From positions 253 to 64,252 of the forward strand of contig CAZBBX010000002.1 in the NCBI GenBank assembly GCA_964490325.1: DNA of 64,000 nucleotides, written 5' to 3'. The position numbers and the translations under genes were made by a program. Below are positions 18,901 to 26,836 of this stretch, in pieces. This DNA comes from an uncultured Oscillospiraceae bacterium (GTDB lineage: Bacteria; Bacillota; Clostridia; Christensenellales; CAG-138). Numbering within the stretch: position 1 is the stretch's first letter; each line of letters starts with the position of its first letter. Under the pieces are notes generated by a model. It was given only the letters and a program-made list of their open reading frames with translations, ran no database searches and was not told where the DNA came from.

Positions 18901-20631
18901 GCCGCAGATGGCGAGGTCTTCGTTGACATGCAGCGTTCCGATACCATTCTCGTCAGCAGCGGCGATCAATGCCGCACCTGCAGCCTGCGTGATGGAAACG
19001 GCAGGTGCATAGAACGTAGCAATGGACATGTTGATCTGCCCCGCTTGGTTGTTGTAGCAGATCATGCCGGCAGCGCCCGCGTTGTATGCGTTCTGCAGCT
19101 TCGTGGAGAAGTTCAGGTCGCCGCGCTTTACCAACGCGATCTTGCCCTCTACGTCGGCGGTGGCAGCGAAATCTGCTTCGGAGCCTAAGCCCGAACCGCC
19201 GATGACGATGTATTCAAGATCCTGTCCCGCGAAGCTCGTGCGGAAGCGCATGTCCTTCGTGGTTCCGTCGGCACTGACGTCGCTGCCCGTTGCCGTGTCG
19301 GAATATGCATAGTCTACATCCCCGACCTTAACGCCGTAGGAGGGATATGCGATGTTGTTCGTGCTGGCAACGGAGAGGTTGCCGCGATAGGTCGCAGGGC
19401 TGCCGGTCACGCCGTAATCCACATACTCGGCAAAGGTGTACTGTACGCCGAGGTAATAGTTGTTGATCCAGTCGCCATAGGCCATGCTGTACTCGTTGCC
19501 TGCGGAGCAGCAAACGATGATGCCCGCTTTGTCGAGCTTATCATAGATGTTGCCAAAAACGCCTTCCAGCTCGGAGTCGTAGGTCTTGCCGTTCTGTGCG
19601 CCGATGGACATGTTGACCACGTCAACGCCCAAACGATAGCAGTCTTCCAAAGCCGCAAAGTAGATGTCGCTGTTGGTGCCGCTGCCCACATCGTGGAAGA
19701 TCTTCATGGCGACCAGCTGCGCCGCGGGAGCCGCGCCGTAGAAGGTCATTGCGCCGTCATCTGCCATAACGCAGCCAACGGAGGTGCCCGAGGTGTGCGT
19801 GCCGTGACCATTTTTGTCGCTCACATCGGTGTCGAGGTCTGCATAGTCATATGCGAAGGGGATCTTTGCAGACAGATATGCGCCGGGAACCGTGGTCTCG
19901 ATGGAGGCAACGTCCTCCTCGGTCAGGACGGGGGTGTCGATGATGCCGTAATCCTGGAACGCTTCATGCGTTGTGCGAACGCCTGTATCCAAAACAGCAA
20001 CCAAGACGCCGTCGCCGTCGTAGCCCCAACGGACCATGTCGGCCGCACCCGTCATGATGGTGGAATACGCGTTGTCAGGATTCTGATCGGAGCTGATCTC
20101 CGACTCGGGGACGTCGTAGCTGTTGGAAAGATAGACCGCGGATACGCCTGCCATGGTTTCGATCTGCTTGATGTTCTTGTAAGCGGTCGTTATGGCCACG
20201 CCGTTTATAAGAGCCGTGTAGTCGAAGTTCATGGTGTAGTCGAAGCCCAGCTTACGCAGGAAGGTGTTGTGGGCGCTCGTTAAGCGTGCGCTCTCAGCCT
20301 TGGCGCTTTCGCTGTTGGCTTCCTCCACTTCGTAATTGTCGATCAGCGCGTCGCCTTCAAAGACGACGATGATCCGCACCTGCTCGTCTGCATCGACTTG
20401 ATACAGCTCGAACTTGGAGATAGCCCCCTTCGGGGACAGTTCCTCCAGTTTGGTCTTCAACATGGAGCGATCGCCGCTGTCTGCAGTTGCGGTCGTTCCC
20501 TTGTCGAAGGTGACTTCCGTGCCCTTGGACGCGTCGGTGACATTCTTGCTTGCCCATGCCGTCGGCATCACTGTCGTGAGGATCATGGCTACCGCAAGAA
20601 CCATCGCAAGAATATATCTTGCTTTCTTCAT
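15916..20631 (-). CDS. Cell-envelope-type subtilisin (S8) serine protease with PA-like insert, internal dockerin and C-terminal tandem OB-like module plus extra tail domain
   Basis: Catalytic triad motifs VAVLDTGV, HGTHTSGT, SGTSMAAPNATG. Signal peptide MKKARYILAMVLAVAMILTTVMPTAWA. Dockerin GDVNQDDMITAADAVAILRYDIQL..DVNENEAINAADAAKILRYLVGL (DNA about 17250-17440). AGGAGG lies 9 nt before the ATG at 20631. Confidence 0.9.
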   Translation of the reverse strand: MKKARYILAMVLAVAMILTTVMPTAWASKNVTDASKGTEVTFDKGTTATADSGDRSMLKTKLEELSPKGAISKFELYQVDADEQVRIIVVFEGDALIDNYEVEEANSESAKAESARLTSAHNTFLRKLGFDYTMNFDYTALINGVAITTAYKNIKQIETMAGVSAVYLSNSYDVPESEISSDQNPDNAYSTIMTGAADMVRWGYDGDGVLVAVLDTGVRTTHEAFQDYGIIDTPVLTEEDVASIETTVPGAYLSAKIPFAYDYADLDTDVSDKNGHGTHTSGTSVGCVMADDGAMTFYGAAPAAQLVAMKIFHDVGSGTNSDIYFAALEDCYRLGVDVVNMSIGAQNGKTYDSELEGVFGNIYDKLDKAGIIVCCSAGNEYSMAYGDWINNYYLGVQYTFAEYVDYGVTGSPATYRGNLSVASTNNIAYPSYGVKVGDVDYAYSDTATGSDVSADGTTKDMRFRTSFAGQDLEYIVIGGSGLGSEADFAATADVEGKIALVKRGDLNFSTKLQNAYNAGAAGMICYNNQAGQINMSIATFYAPAVSITQAAGAALIAAADENGIGTLHVNEDLAICGNPTYGTMSDFSSWGTTSDLAIKPMITAPGGMVYSSVNTSDSAYEVYSGTSMAAPNATGMFATVIQAISSSPLYAGITKAERAHILEATVENTAIIQTDSYGDPVSPRKQGAGLINAVNAGGTPIYIDEPLVELGDDPERSGDYVFDLTIKNPYHQNLAYSVDFSILTDYPISYRGDKFDTLQTLNMISEGLATGSSNCVDNIFTINANQSEKKIKIFISLTEEGKATLDYYYANGIYFEGYITLSCITDNISVPDIHATYLGFYGDWTDGAMLDTYDFSDEIDVTAYIVKNGLSGTYDYNSFLDQNIGINEAYAASLYQGKLVSLLGDSYWAYVYYEADRNAISNETSDSNNGYIYDAMVSYPMQLRNARHLIMLVFDQETGELYYVDDTEYLGKAYLDDSGYFSSQGTFIWDGTDMDGNYVPNETKVDIKYYAWLDYETELESKFRALNGDYAAMSAEEWDDEIVWEYGLTVDTESPKLDDAYLFVDMLGDVNQDDMITAADAVAILRYDIQLDELTDDQKIEADVNENEAINAADAAKILRYLVGLDELPILSDHMLRVTVSDNQYLDYIGLYDGLGKRITGRAFVMDKGASTTVYFDLDGYTQEIVYVAPMDYASNFPAYEIQVNPPEYTPINDIRTAMAEDATLAETYTTVGAVTFIDGKNVYLSCTYTDCSSTDDYYGICAYMAETPTDLEQGDVIKVTGTTAWYKGLPELSNAVIDEVKFDNSEDDYSYDKSWNFGAIDFASVEEYAGMLYCSQVLYDAPEDETDSSFDLEVVSVTANGDYYNIVVTDGTQEMTIYKAPAIADYDMAELGAGDKIGAYLTLGIYNTLQWRVMEGDMWVTEEATEPEPEPDITAGQYLISVDYNDATYYMTDTVNSNKLTSATTEAEATVWTIAAGATEGTWTIKSNAGYISAPNSTNLTISETAAEFKITKDADTGVFSIEPTTYTTRLIAMKYDNNNNPNCWGAYAKSNNGSSGYVFNVVITAVNPV

Positions 20632-20715
20632 GCTTTCTTTCCTCCTTACGTATTCTATATGACACATTCGTGTACAATACAGGTAAATATATTATACAGA
20701 GTGACCCAAGATTTG

Positions 20716-21531
20716 TCAACGGTTCTGCGTGCTGTTTTTGATATGTGAAACAAGTGGGATCATATGCGGCAGCGCGAGCAAAAAGCTCAGCGAAGCAAGC
20801 AGCCTGCAATACAGCGGATAGCGGGAAAACAGCGATAAAATCAACAAAATCCCGCCGATCGCAAGGTAACGCAAAGCGGCGTTTCCCCCACTCGGAAGCG
20901 AACGAGGGACCGCCTTCTTCCGCGCAACCTCATACTCTGCGCGTAAATATATTTTTACATCCCTTTCTGTATGCGTATACATTCCGTTCGGAAGGCGTTT
21001 TATCAGTTCCTCTCCCGTGCGGCATTCCGTTTCCGTCCCCCGCCTAAGCCCATCCCGCACCGCCGTCAGCAGCGCTGCGTCCGTAAATCCGCTCACGGAA
21101 AAGATGCGCTCCGTTTGTCCGCCCCGCAGCACGGGATAGAGCGCATCCTCATCTGCGGGGATGGTGGTGCGCAGTATGGCAAAATCTCCGCTTCCGAAGG
21201 CCTGCAAAAGAAGCGAGGTCAGCTCCGCCTCGCTCAACAGCAGCATTCGTTCCCGCACGAGCGCCATGGAGGCGCGCTTTTCTTCTTTTATAATGTATCG
21301 GCAGAGTCGTTTGCGGCGTATGAACGCAAGAAGCAGCACGCCGCCGCCCGCCAACGCCGCCGCAAGCAGGAAACGCGCATCATTCCTTGGCAGCAGCGCC
21401 GCGCCGCAAAGAAACAGCAAGCCGCCGAACGCAGCGGCGTCCAGGGCTCGCGCTGCGCGTCCTTTCCCGTGAAAACAGTTCTGTTCGATCCTTCGGCGCC
21501 AAGCGCCGTCAGAAAAATCCTCCGGTCTCAT
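20716..21531 (-). CDS. Hypothetical membrane protein
   Basis: 271-aa ORF with two N-terminal and two C-terminal hydrophobic segments around a soluble middle part. I recognise no family. Confidence 0.45.
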   Translation of the reverse strand: MRPEDFSDGAWRRRIEQNCFHGKGRAARALDAAAFGGLLFLCGAALLPRNDARFLLAAALAGGGVLLLAFIRRKRLCRYIIKEEKRASMALVRERMLLLSEAELTSLLLQAFGSGDFAILRTTIPADEDALYPVLRGGQTERIFSVSGFTDAALLTAVRDGLRRGTETECRTGEELIKRLPNGMYTHTERDVKIYLRAEYEVARKKAVPRSLPSGGNAALRYLAIGGILLILSLFSRYPLYCRLLASLSFLLALPHMIPLVSHIKNSTQNR

Positions 21532-21577
21532 AAAGTGAGTGTTGCCATTTTTTACAGCTTTATACTATAATGTAAGC

Positions 21578-22744
21578 ATGAATACTGCAAACAAGCAAAA
21601 GATCGTGCGCATTGGGGTCTTGGGCGGCTCCTTTCAACCCATACACAACGCGCATCTGAACGTTGCACGGGCTGCTGCCGATGCGCTTGCCTTGGATCAG
21701 CTGCGCTTTATGATCGCGGGTGTTCCGCCGCACAAGCAGCTTGCCGAGGGCGCAAGCTCCGCGCAGCGCCTTGCCATGCTCCGCTTGGCCATTATGGGCG
21801 AACCGCGCTTTGTTGCGGACGACCGCGAGCTGTACCGCGAGGGCAAGAGCTATACCGCCGACACCCTGCAGCAGCTGAAGGCGGAGCAGCCCGACGCGGA
21901 ACTGTATTTTATAATGGGCAGCGACATGCTGCGTACCTTTTTGCAATGGTATGCGCCGCAGCGCATCGCAGCGCTTGCGACCCTTGTCTGCATTCGCCGC
22001 GACGGACAGGCGGGCGGTGAGGAGGAAGCCGCCGCCGAGCTGGAACGCACGCTCTCTGCCAAGGTACTCTTTTTGGATGGCGTTGGCGTCTACTCCTCCC
22101 ACGAGATCCGCGACCGCGTGCGCGACGCCCTGCCTTTATGTGGGCTTGTGCCCCCCGCCGTGCAGAGCTACATCTACGAAAACCTGCTGTATCAGCCCGA
22201 AAAGATCGTATCCTTTGCCGAAAAGCTCAAAGCTTCCCTTTCCCCCGAGCGCTATGCGCACAGTCTGCGCACGATGGCCACCGCCATCGAACTGGCGCAG
22301 CGTTGGGGCGTGGACGGGCAGCAGGCGCGCTTGGCGGGGCTTCTGCACGACTGCGCCAAGGGTCTGCCGACCACAGAGCTTCAAAGGCTTGCCGACGATG
22401 GCTGCGGCGTACCCGCCGTTCTGCACGCTCCTGCGGGCGCGATCCTTGCCAAACGGGATTACGGCGTCACGGATGAAGCGGTGTTGAAGGCCATTCGGCT
22501 GCACACCACGGGTGACGCGGGCATGAGCAGCTTGGATAAGCTCATCTACCTGTCCGATCTGATCGAGCCCGGCCGCAGCTATCCCACCGCGGACAAGCTG
22601 CGCGCCCTCAGCTCTCCCGACGAGGCGATTTTGCTTGCTTTACAGGAGAATCTTTGCTATATTAGGAGGAGCGGAAAGCAAATGCATCCCGCTACGCTAA
22701 GAGCGTATCATGATTTGGGAGGTAACGATGGAGCGTTACGGTGA
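21578..22744 (+). CDS. nadD: Nicotinate-nucleotide adenylyltransferase fused to YqeK-type HD phosphohydrolase
   Basis: N-terminal half IGVLGGSFQPIHNAHL..FIMGSDML is NadD. C-terminal half RYAHSLRTMATAIELA..LAGLLHDCAKG..LHAPAGA..IRLHTTG is the YqeK HD domain. It is one uninterrupted ORF. rsfS follows, as in the Bacillus yqeJ-yqeK-yqeL order. Confidence 0.85.
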   Translation: MNTANKQKIVRIGVLGGSFQPIHNAHLNVARAAADALALDQLRFMIAGVPPHKQLAEGASSAQRLAMLRLAIMGEPRFVADDRELYREGKSYTADTLQQLKAEQPDAELYFIMGSDMLRTFLQWYAPQRIAALATLVCIRRDGQAGGEEEAAAELERTLSAKVLFLDGVGVYSSHEIRDRVRDALPLCGLVPPAVQSYIYENLLYQPEKIVSFAEKLKASLSPERYAHSLRTMATAIELAQRWGVDGQQARLAGLLHDCAKGLPTTELQRLADDGCGVPAVLHAPAGAILAKRDYGVTDEAVLKAIRLHTTGDAGMSSLDKLIYLSDLIEPGRSYPTADKLRALSSPDEAILLALQENLCYIRRSGKQMHPATLRAYHDLGGNDGALR

Positions 22745-23105
22745 AGCCGAAGTTTTGAAGCTCTGTGAGCTTCTGTACAACAAGAAAGCGGACGAGATCT
22801 ATGCCATCCATGTGGCGGATAAAACCACCATTGCGGATTGGTTCATACTGGCAAGCGGCAAGTCCGTCCAGCAGGTCAAATCCCTCTGCGACGAGATGGA
22901 GGATCGCGGCGTCGAGCTGGGTCTGGAGCTCAAGCGCAAGGAGGGCTATAACGAGGGCCGCTGGATCGTTTTGGATTTCGGCAGCGTCTTGGTGCATCTG
23001 TTCCATCCCGAGGAGCGCGCCTACTACAACATGGAACGCCTCTGGCAGGACGGCGACAACACCATCGTCTATCCCCTCACGGACGGCTCTGACGCGCAGG
23101 CTTAG
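22728..23105 (+). CDS. rsfS: Ribosome silencing factor RsfS
   Basis: MERYGEAEVLKLCELLYNKKADEIYAIHVADKTTIADWFILASGKS..WIVLDFGSVLVHLFHPEERAYYNMERLW. GGGAGG lies 5 nt before the ATG. Confidence 0.85.
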   Translation: MERYGEAEVLKLCELLYNKKADEIYAIHVADKTTIADWFILASGKSVQQVKSLCDEMEDRGVELGLELKRKEGYNEGRWIVLDFGSVLVHLFHPEERAYYNMERLWQDGDNTIVYPLTDGSDAQA

Positions 23106-23191
23106 TGCAGCACTGCCTGCGCTGCGGCGGCTGACTGACGCCATTGTGCGCTGCCCCCTGCAAAAAGCGCCTGCAGCGCGCCCTTGTTGCG

Positions 23192-23234
23192 GGAACGTTC
23201 CTTCCCATTTGTTCAAGGATTGAACGTTTGTTCA
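23192..23234. promoter_or_regulatory. Cluster of inverted repeats built from TGAAC/GTTCA half-sites (candidate operator)
   Basis: GGAACGTTCC (23192-23201), GTTCAA-gga-TTGAAC (23211-23225) and TGAAC-gttt-GTTCA (23221-23234), located 16-58 nt upstream of the -35 of the BMC operon promoter. Confidence 0.35.
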
Positions 23235-23249
23235 TTCACTATATATTTG

Positions 23250-23278
23250 TTGACATTTTTCCAACGTTGCCTTATCAT
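23250..23278 (+). promoter_or_regulatory. Sigma-A-type promoter of the BMC operon
   Basis: TTGACA (23250-23255), 17 nt, TATCAT (23273-23278), about 45 nt upstream of the deoC-like start. Confidence 0.6.
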
Positions 23279-23324
23279 TTAGGTGATAAGAAAGCAGTAC
23301 CAAGTTTTATGGGAGGCAGTAAAC

Positions 23325-24167
23325 ATGGATAATCAGCAGATGGAGGCATTGGTAGCCAGCATCGTCAAGGAAGTCATGCAGCAAATGGGCGGCGTGCAGC
23401 CCTCCGCTTGCGCAGGCGCTTCCACGGGAAACCTTGCCAAGTACATCGACCACACCCTGCTCAAGCCCGAATCGACGCGGCAGGACATCAAGCGTGTCTG
23501 CGACGAAGCCAAGAAGTACAACATGGCCAGCGTATGCGTCAATCCCTCGTGGATCGGGTATGTTGCCGAGCAGCTTCGCGGGACGAGCGTGACCCCCTGC
23601 GTGGTCATCGGCTTCCCTCTGGGCGCGACCCTGCCCGCCGTCAAGGCGGCGGAAGCCGCGGCCTGCATCGCCGTGGGCGCCCGTGAAGTGGACATGGTGA
23701 TGAACATCGGCGCAGCCAAGAGCGGCGAATGGGACACCGTCCTTTCGGACATCCAAGCCGTCGTGGAAGCCGCCAAGGGAAAGGCGCTGGTCAAGGTCAT
23801 CATTGAGACCTGCCTGCTGACGGACGCCGAAAAGGTCAAGGCCTGCCAAGTCAGCAAGCTTGCGGGCGCGGATTTTGTGAAGACCAGCACGGGTTTCTCT
23901 ACGGGCGGTGCAACGGTCGAGGATGTGCGCTTGATGCGGCAGACGGTCGGCCCGAACATGGGCGTGAAGGCCTCCGGCGGCGTGCGCACGCGTGATGACG
24001 CCGAAGCTTTGATCGCTGCGGGCGCGTCCCGTTTGGGCGCCAGCTCCAGCATCAAGATCATCGAGGGCAGCGCCGAGGAGCACAAGTGCATCCATTGCGG
24101 CAACTGCCAGCGCGGCGACTCTTCCTGCCCCACCGGCGCGGCTGTGCTGCGTAAAGTCCTGTATTGA
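23325..24167 (+). CDS. deoC: Deoxyribose-phosphate aldolase (DERA/DeoC family) with N-terminal encapsulation-peptide-like helix and C-terminal Cys-motif tail
   Basis: GGGAGG lies before the ATG at 23325. [23 protein letters not shown] is an amphipathic helix plus linker. DeoC core: [52 protein letters not shown] (Schiff-base Lys), [10 protein letters not shown]. Tail: [15 protein letters not shown]. Confidence 0.85.
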   Translation: MDNQQMEALVASIVKEVMQQMGGVQPSACAGASTGNLAKYIDHTLLKPESTRQDIKRVCDEAKKYNMASVCVNPSWIGYVAEQLRGTSVTPCVVIGFPLGATLPAVKAAEAAACIAVGAREVDMVMNIGAAKSGEWDTVLSDIQAVVEAAKGKALVKVIIETCLLTDAEKVKACQVSKLAGADFVKTSTGFSTGGATVEDVRLMRQTVGPNMGVKASGGVRTRDDAEALIAAGASRLGASSSIKIIEGSAEEHKCIHCGNCQRGDSSCPTGAAVLRKVLY

Positions 24168-24199
24168 TGGATCTGCCGAAAGGCTTACGGGAGGCGAAC

Positions 24200-25153
24200 A
24201 TGGACGAGTCAACGATCCGCCAATGGGCCCAGACCCTCTTGTGCGAGCAATTCGCCAAGGAAGGGCAGTTTTTTGTACCCGTCTCGTCCTCCAATCGGCA
24301 CCTGCACCTGTCGCGTGCGGACTGTGACGCGCTCTTTGGCGCGGGGCACGAGCTGACTAAGCTGCGCGATCTAAGGCAGCCGGGGCAGTTTGCCTGCACC
24401 GAGCAGCTCACTGTGCGAACGGAAAAGGGCACGATGACGCTGCGCGTGGTGGGTCCCCTTCGCAGGGAGACGCAGGTGGAGCTTTCCGTTTCGGACTGCA
24501 TCAAGCTGGGTCTGCCTGCAGTCGTTCGGCTTTCGGGCGACACGGCGGCTACACCCGGCGCGGTGCTGGAGACGGCGCAGGGACGCGTAACGCTCACAAA
24601 GGGCGTGATCGTCGCGGCACGGCATCTGCATCTGTCCGTTGAGCAGGGAAGGATCTACGGCCTGAAGTCTGACGATACTGTCCGCCTGTTCGTGGAAGGC
24701 GAGCGAGCGACCGTATTTGATAATGTGATCGTCCGCTGCGGCGACGCGCATCTGCTGGAGGCGCATATCGACGTAGAGGAAGCAAACGCGGCGCTGCTGC
24801 CAAAGAACGCCATCTGTCGCATCGAGCGGCAGGGTGCGGCGGCGGCCTGCCCCATCGGCTCGCAAACTGCGGGCGGAAAGGCGGTACCCATCGTGATGGA
24901 CGGACAAAAGCGTGTATACGGCAACGTGATACCCGCCCCCGAAGCGCCCTTTTACGCAACGGCAGGCGGTGTGATGATGGATAAGATGCAGCGGGGGCCA
25001 ATGCCTGAGCTGCACCGCAAGGAGCTTATGACGGAGGCCGACGTATACGCCGCCTATCAGCGCGGGGTACGCAAGCTGACCTTGTCCACGGCTCTGGTGC
25101 TGACGCCGCTGGCGCGGGATCGCGCAAGGCAGCTCGGCATGGAAGTGGAGTAA
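24200..25153 (+). CDS. pduL: PduL-type phosphate acyltransferase with C-terminal extension
   Basis: GGGAGG lies before the ATG at 24200. Two PduL repeats: PVSSSNRHLHLSRADCDALFG..LRVVGPLRRETQVELSVSD and IVAARHLHLSVEQGRIYGL..VIVRCGDAHLLEAHIDVEEANA. About 110 extra C-terminal residues follow. Confidence 0.85.
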   Translation: MDESTIRQWAQTLLCEQFAKEGQFFVPVSSSNRHLHLSRADCDALFGAGHELTKLRDLRQPGQFACTEQLTVRTEKGTMTLRVVGPLRRETQVELSVSDCIKLGLPAVVRLSGDTAATPGAVLETAQGRVTLTKGVIVAARHLHLSVEQGRIYGLKSDDTVRLFVEGERATVFDNVIVRCGDAHLLEAHIDVEEANAALLPKNAICRIERQGAAAACPIGSQTAGGKAVPIVMDGQKRVYGNVIPAPEAPFYATAGGVMMDKMQRGPMPELHRKELMTEADVYAAYQRGVRKLTLSTALVLTPLARDRARQLGMEVE

Positions 25154-25157
25154 GGGT

Positions 25158-25463
25158 ATGGTCATCGGCAGAGTACACGGAACGGTCGTAAGCACCACCA
25201 AATGTCAAAAGCTTGATGGCATGAAGCTGCTTGTCGTCATGCCCATCGATCTGGATACCTTCACCGAAAAGGGGCAGCCCATCGTTGCGGTAGACGTAGT
25301 CGGCGCAGGCGAAGGCGAGGTCGTCATGTGCGTGTCGGGCAGTTCGGCGCGGCAGACGGATCGCACGGACGGCAGACCCGTAGATGGTTCGATCGTGGCC
25401 ATCATCGACCACATCGACTGGAAAGGCAAGCGCATCTTCGAGAAGTTTCCCACCAAGGAATGA
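25158..25463 (+). CDS. BMC pentamer vertex protein (EutN/CcmL family), paralog 1
   Basis: MVIGRVHGTVVSTTKCQKLDGMKLLVVMPIDL..IVAVDVVGAGEGEVVMCVSGSSARQ. Confidence 0.85.
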   Translation: MVIGRVHGTVVSTTKCQKLDGMKLLVVMPIDLDTFTEKGQPIVAVDVVGAGEGEVVMCVSGSSARQTDRTDGRPVDGSIVAIIDHIDWKGKRIFEKFPTKE

Positions 25464-25507
25464 ACGAACCGTCCAATACGGGCGGTCTGACGAAGTAAGA
25501 GGCGGAA

Positions 25508-26833
25508 ATGGCAGCGAAAAGCATCGTTAATCGGATCAAGGACGCGGGCGTCGTCGGAGCAGGCGGCGCAGGGTTCCCGACCCATGTCAAGCTGAAAGCC
25601 AAGGCCGACACGGTCATTGCAAACGGAGCCGAGTGCGAGCCCATCCTGCGCGTGGATCAGCAACTGATGGAACGCGAGGCGGAGCGCATCGTGCGCGGGC
25701 TTTCGTTAGCGATGGACGCAGTCGGCGCGGAGCATGGCGTCGTGGCCACCAAGAGCCATTATCAGGGCGCTGTGGCGGCTATGCAGGCGATCCTCCCCCG
25801 CTATCCCAAGATCGAGCTGCATTTGATGCAGAGCTATTATCCCGCAGGCGATGAAAAATCCCTCATCTATGAGGTGACGCGCCGCGTGGTCCCCTCCGGC
25901 AAGCTGCCTGCCGATGTAGGCGTGGTGGTGTCCAATGTCAACACGCTGCTGAACATTGCCCGTGCCGAGGAAGGCTTGCCCGTGACCCACAAGTACGTCA
26001 CCGTCTCGGGCGAGGTCAACAAGCCCGCCACCTACGAGGTGCCCATCGGCACAGACAGCTTTGAACTGCTGCGTTGGTGCGGTCTGCCCGATGATCTGTC
26101 CAAGTATATCCTGCTCATCGGCGGCCCCTGCATGGGACGCCTGAGCGAAGACTTTCATCAGCCCGTCACCAAGACGACGGGCGGCCTGATCCTTCTGCCA
26201 AAGGCGCACGCCTATGTACAAAAGCGGCAAATGCCCTTGGCTCGGCAGATCGTTCTGGCTCGCGCCTGCTGCTGCCAGTGCAGCCAATGCACGCAGCTTT
26301 GCCCCCGAAACGCGCTGGGACTGCATGTGCAGCCGCACAAGGCCATGCGCGCCATCGCACAGGCCAACGGTCTGCTGATCGGCGAACCCAACGGCATCCT
26401 TGCCTGCTGCTCCTGCGGACTTTGCACCAACTTTGCCTGTAACTTTGGCCTGAATCCCGCGAACATCATGGCGCAGCTCAAGGGCGAATTGGGCAAGCAA
26501 GGCGTTCGGCCGCAGCCCGAGACGGACATTCGTCCCGATCCCGCGCTGGCATTCAAAAAAGTCCCTGTTGCGCGTCTGATCGCCCGTATGGGGCTTGGCG
26601 CCTACGACATCCCCGCGCCTATGCTGGACGCACCCGCCGTCACACGGGTGAAGATCCCGCTCAGAATGCACATCGGCGCGCCGTCGGAGCCGATCGTCAG
26701 CGAAGGCATGAGCGTAAACGCAGGCGATCTGATCGCCATGATCCCTGAAAAAGCACTCGGCGCCAACATCCACGCATCGATCAGCGGTCGTGTGGTGCGC
26801 GTCAGCAGCGACAGTATCGAATTGGAGGCTTAA
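25508..26833 (+). CDS. PduS/RnfC-like flavin- and 2x[4Fe-4S]-binding oxidoreductase
   Basis: GVVGAGGAGFPTHVKL..ANGAECEPIL is an RnfC/PduS-type N-terminus. An SLBB-like middle part follows. CCQCSQCTQLCP and CCSCGLCTNFAC are ferredoxin motifs. The C-terminal ~70 aa (HIGAPSEPIVSEGMSVNAGDLIA..HASISGRVVRV) look like a barrel-sandwich hybrid. Confidence 0.75.
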   Translation: MAAKSIVNRIKDAGVVGAGGAGFPTHVKLKAKADTVIANGAECEPILRVDQQLMEREAERIVRGLSLAMDAVGAEHGVVATKSHYQGAVAAMQAILPRYPKIELHLMQSYYPAGDEKSLIYEVTRRVVPSGKLPADVGVVVSNVNTLLNIARAEEGLPVTHKYVTVSGEVNKPATYEVPIGTDSFELLRWCGLPDDLSKYILLIGGPCMGRLSEDFHQPVTKTTGGLILLPKAHAYVQKRQMPLARQIVLARACCCQCSQCTQLCPRNALGLHVQPHKAMRAIAQANGLLIGEPNGILACCSCGLCTNFACNFGLNPANIMAQLKGELGKQGVRPQPETDIRPDPALAFKKVPVARLIARMGLGAYDIPAPMLDAPAVTRVKIPLRMHIGAPSEPIVSEGMSVNAGDLIAMIPEKALGANIHASISGRVVRVSSDSIELEA

Positions 26834-26836
26834 CGC

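Noticed and set aside
17788-19188. 466-aa plus-strand ORF inside the S8 protease gene.
   Set aside because: It is antisense to a region containing the catalytic Ser motif and the PA-like insert. It has no motifs of its own.
23307-24212. 301-aa and 266-aa ORFs antisense to the first DeoC-like gene.
   Set aside because: The sense strand encodes a complete DeoC core. The antisense translations are low-complexity Ala/Arg/Gly strings.
25706-26773. 355-aa ORF antisense to the PduS-like gene.
   Set aside because: Same reasoning. The sense strand has RnfC/PduS and ferredoxin motifs.
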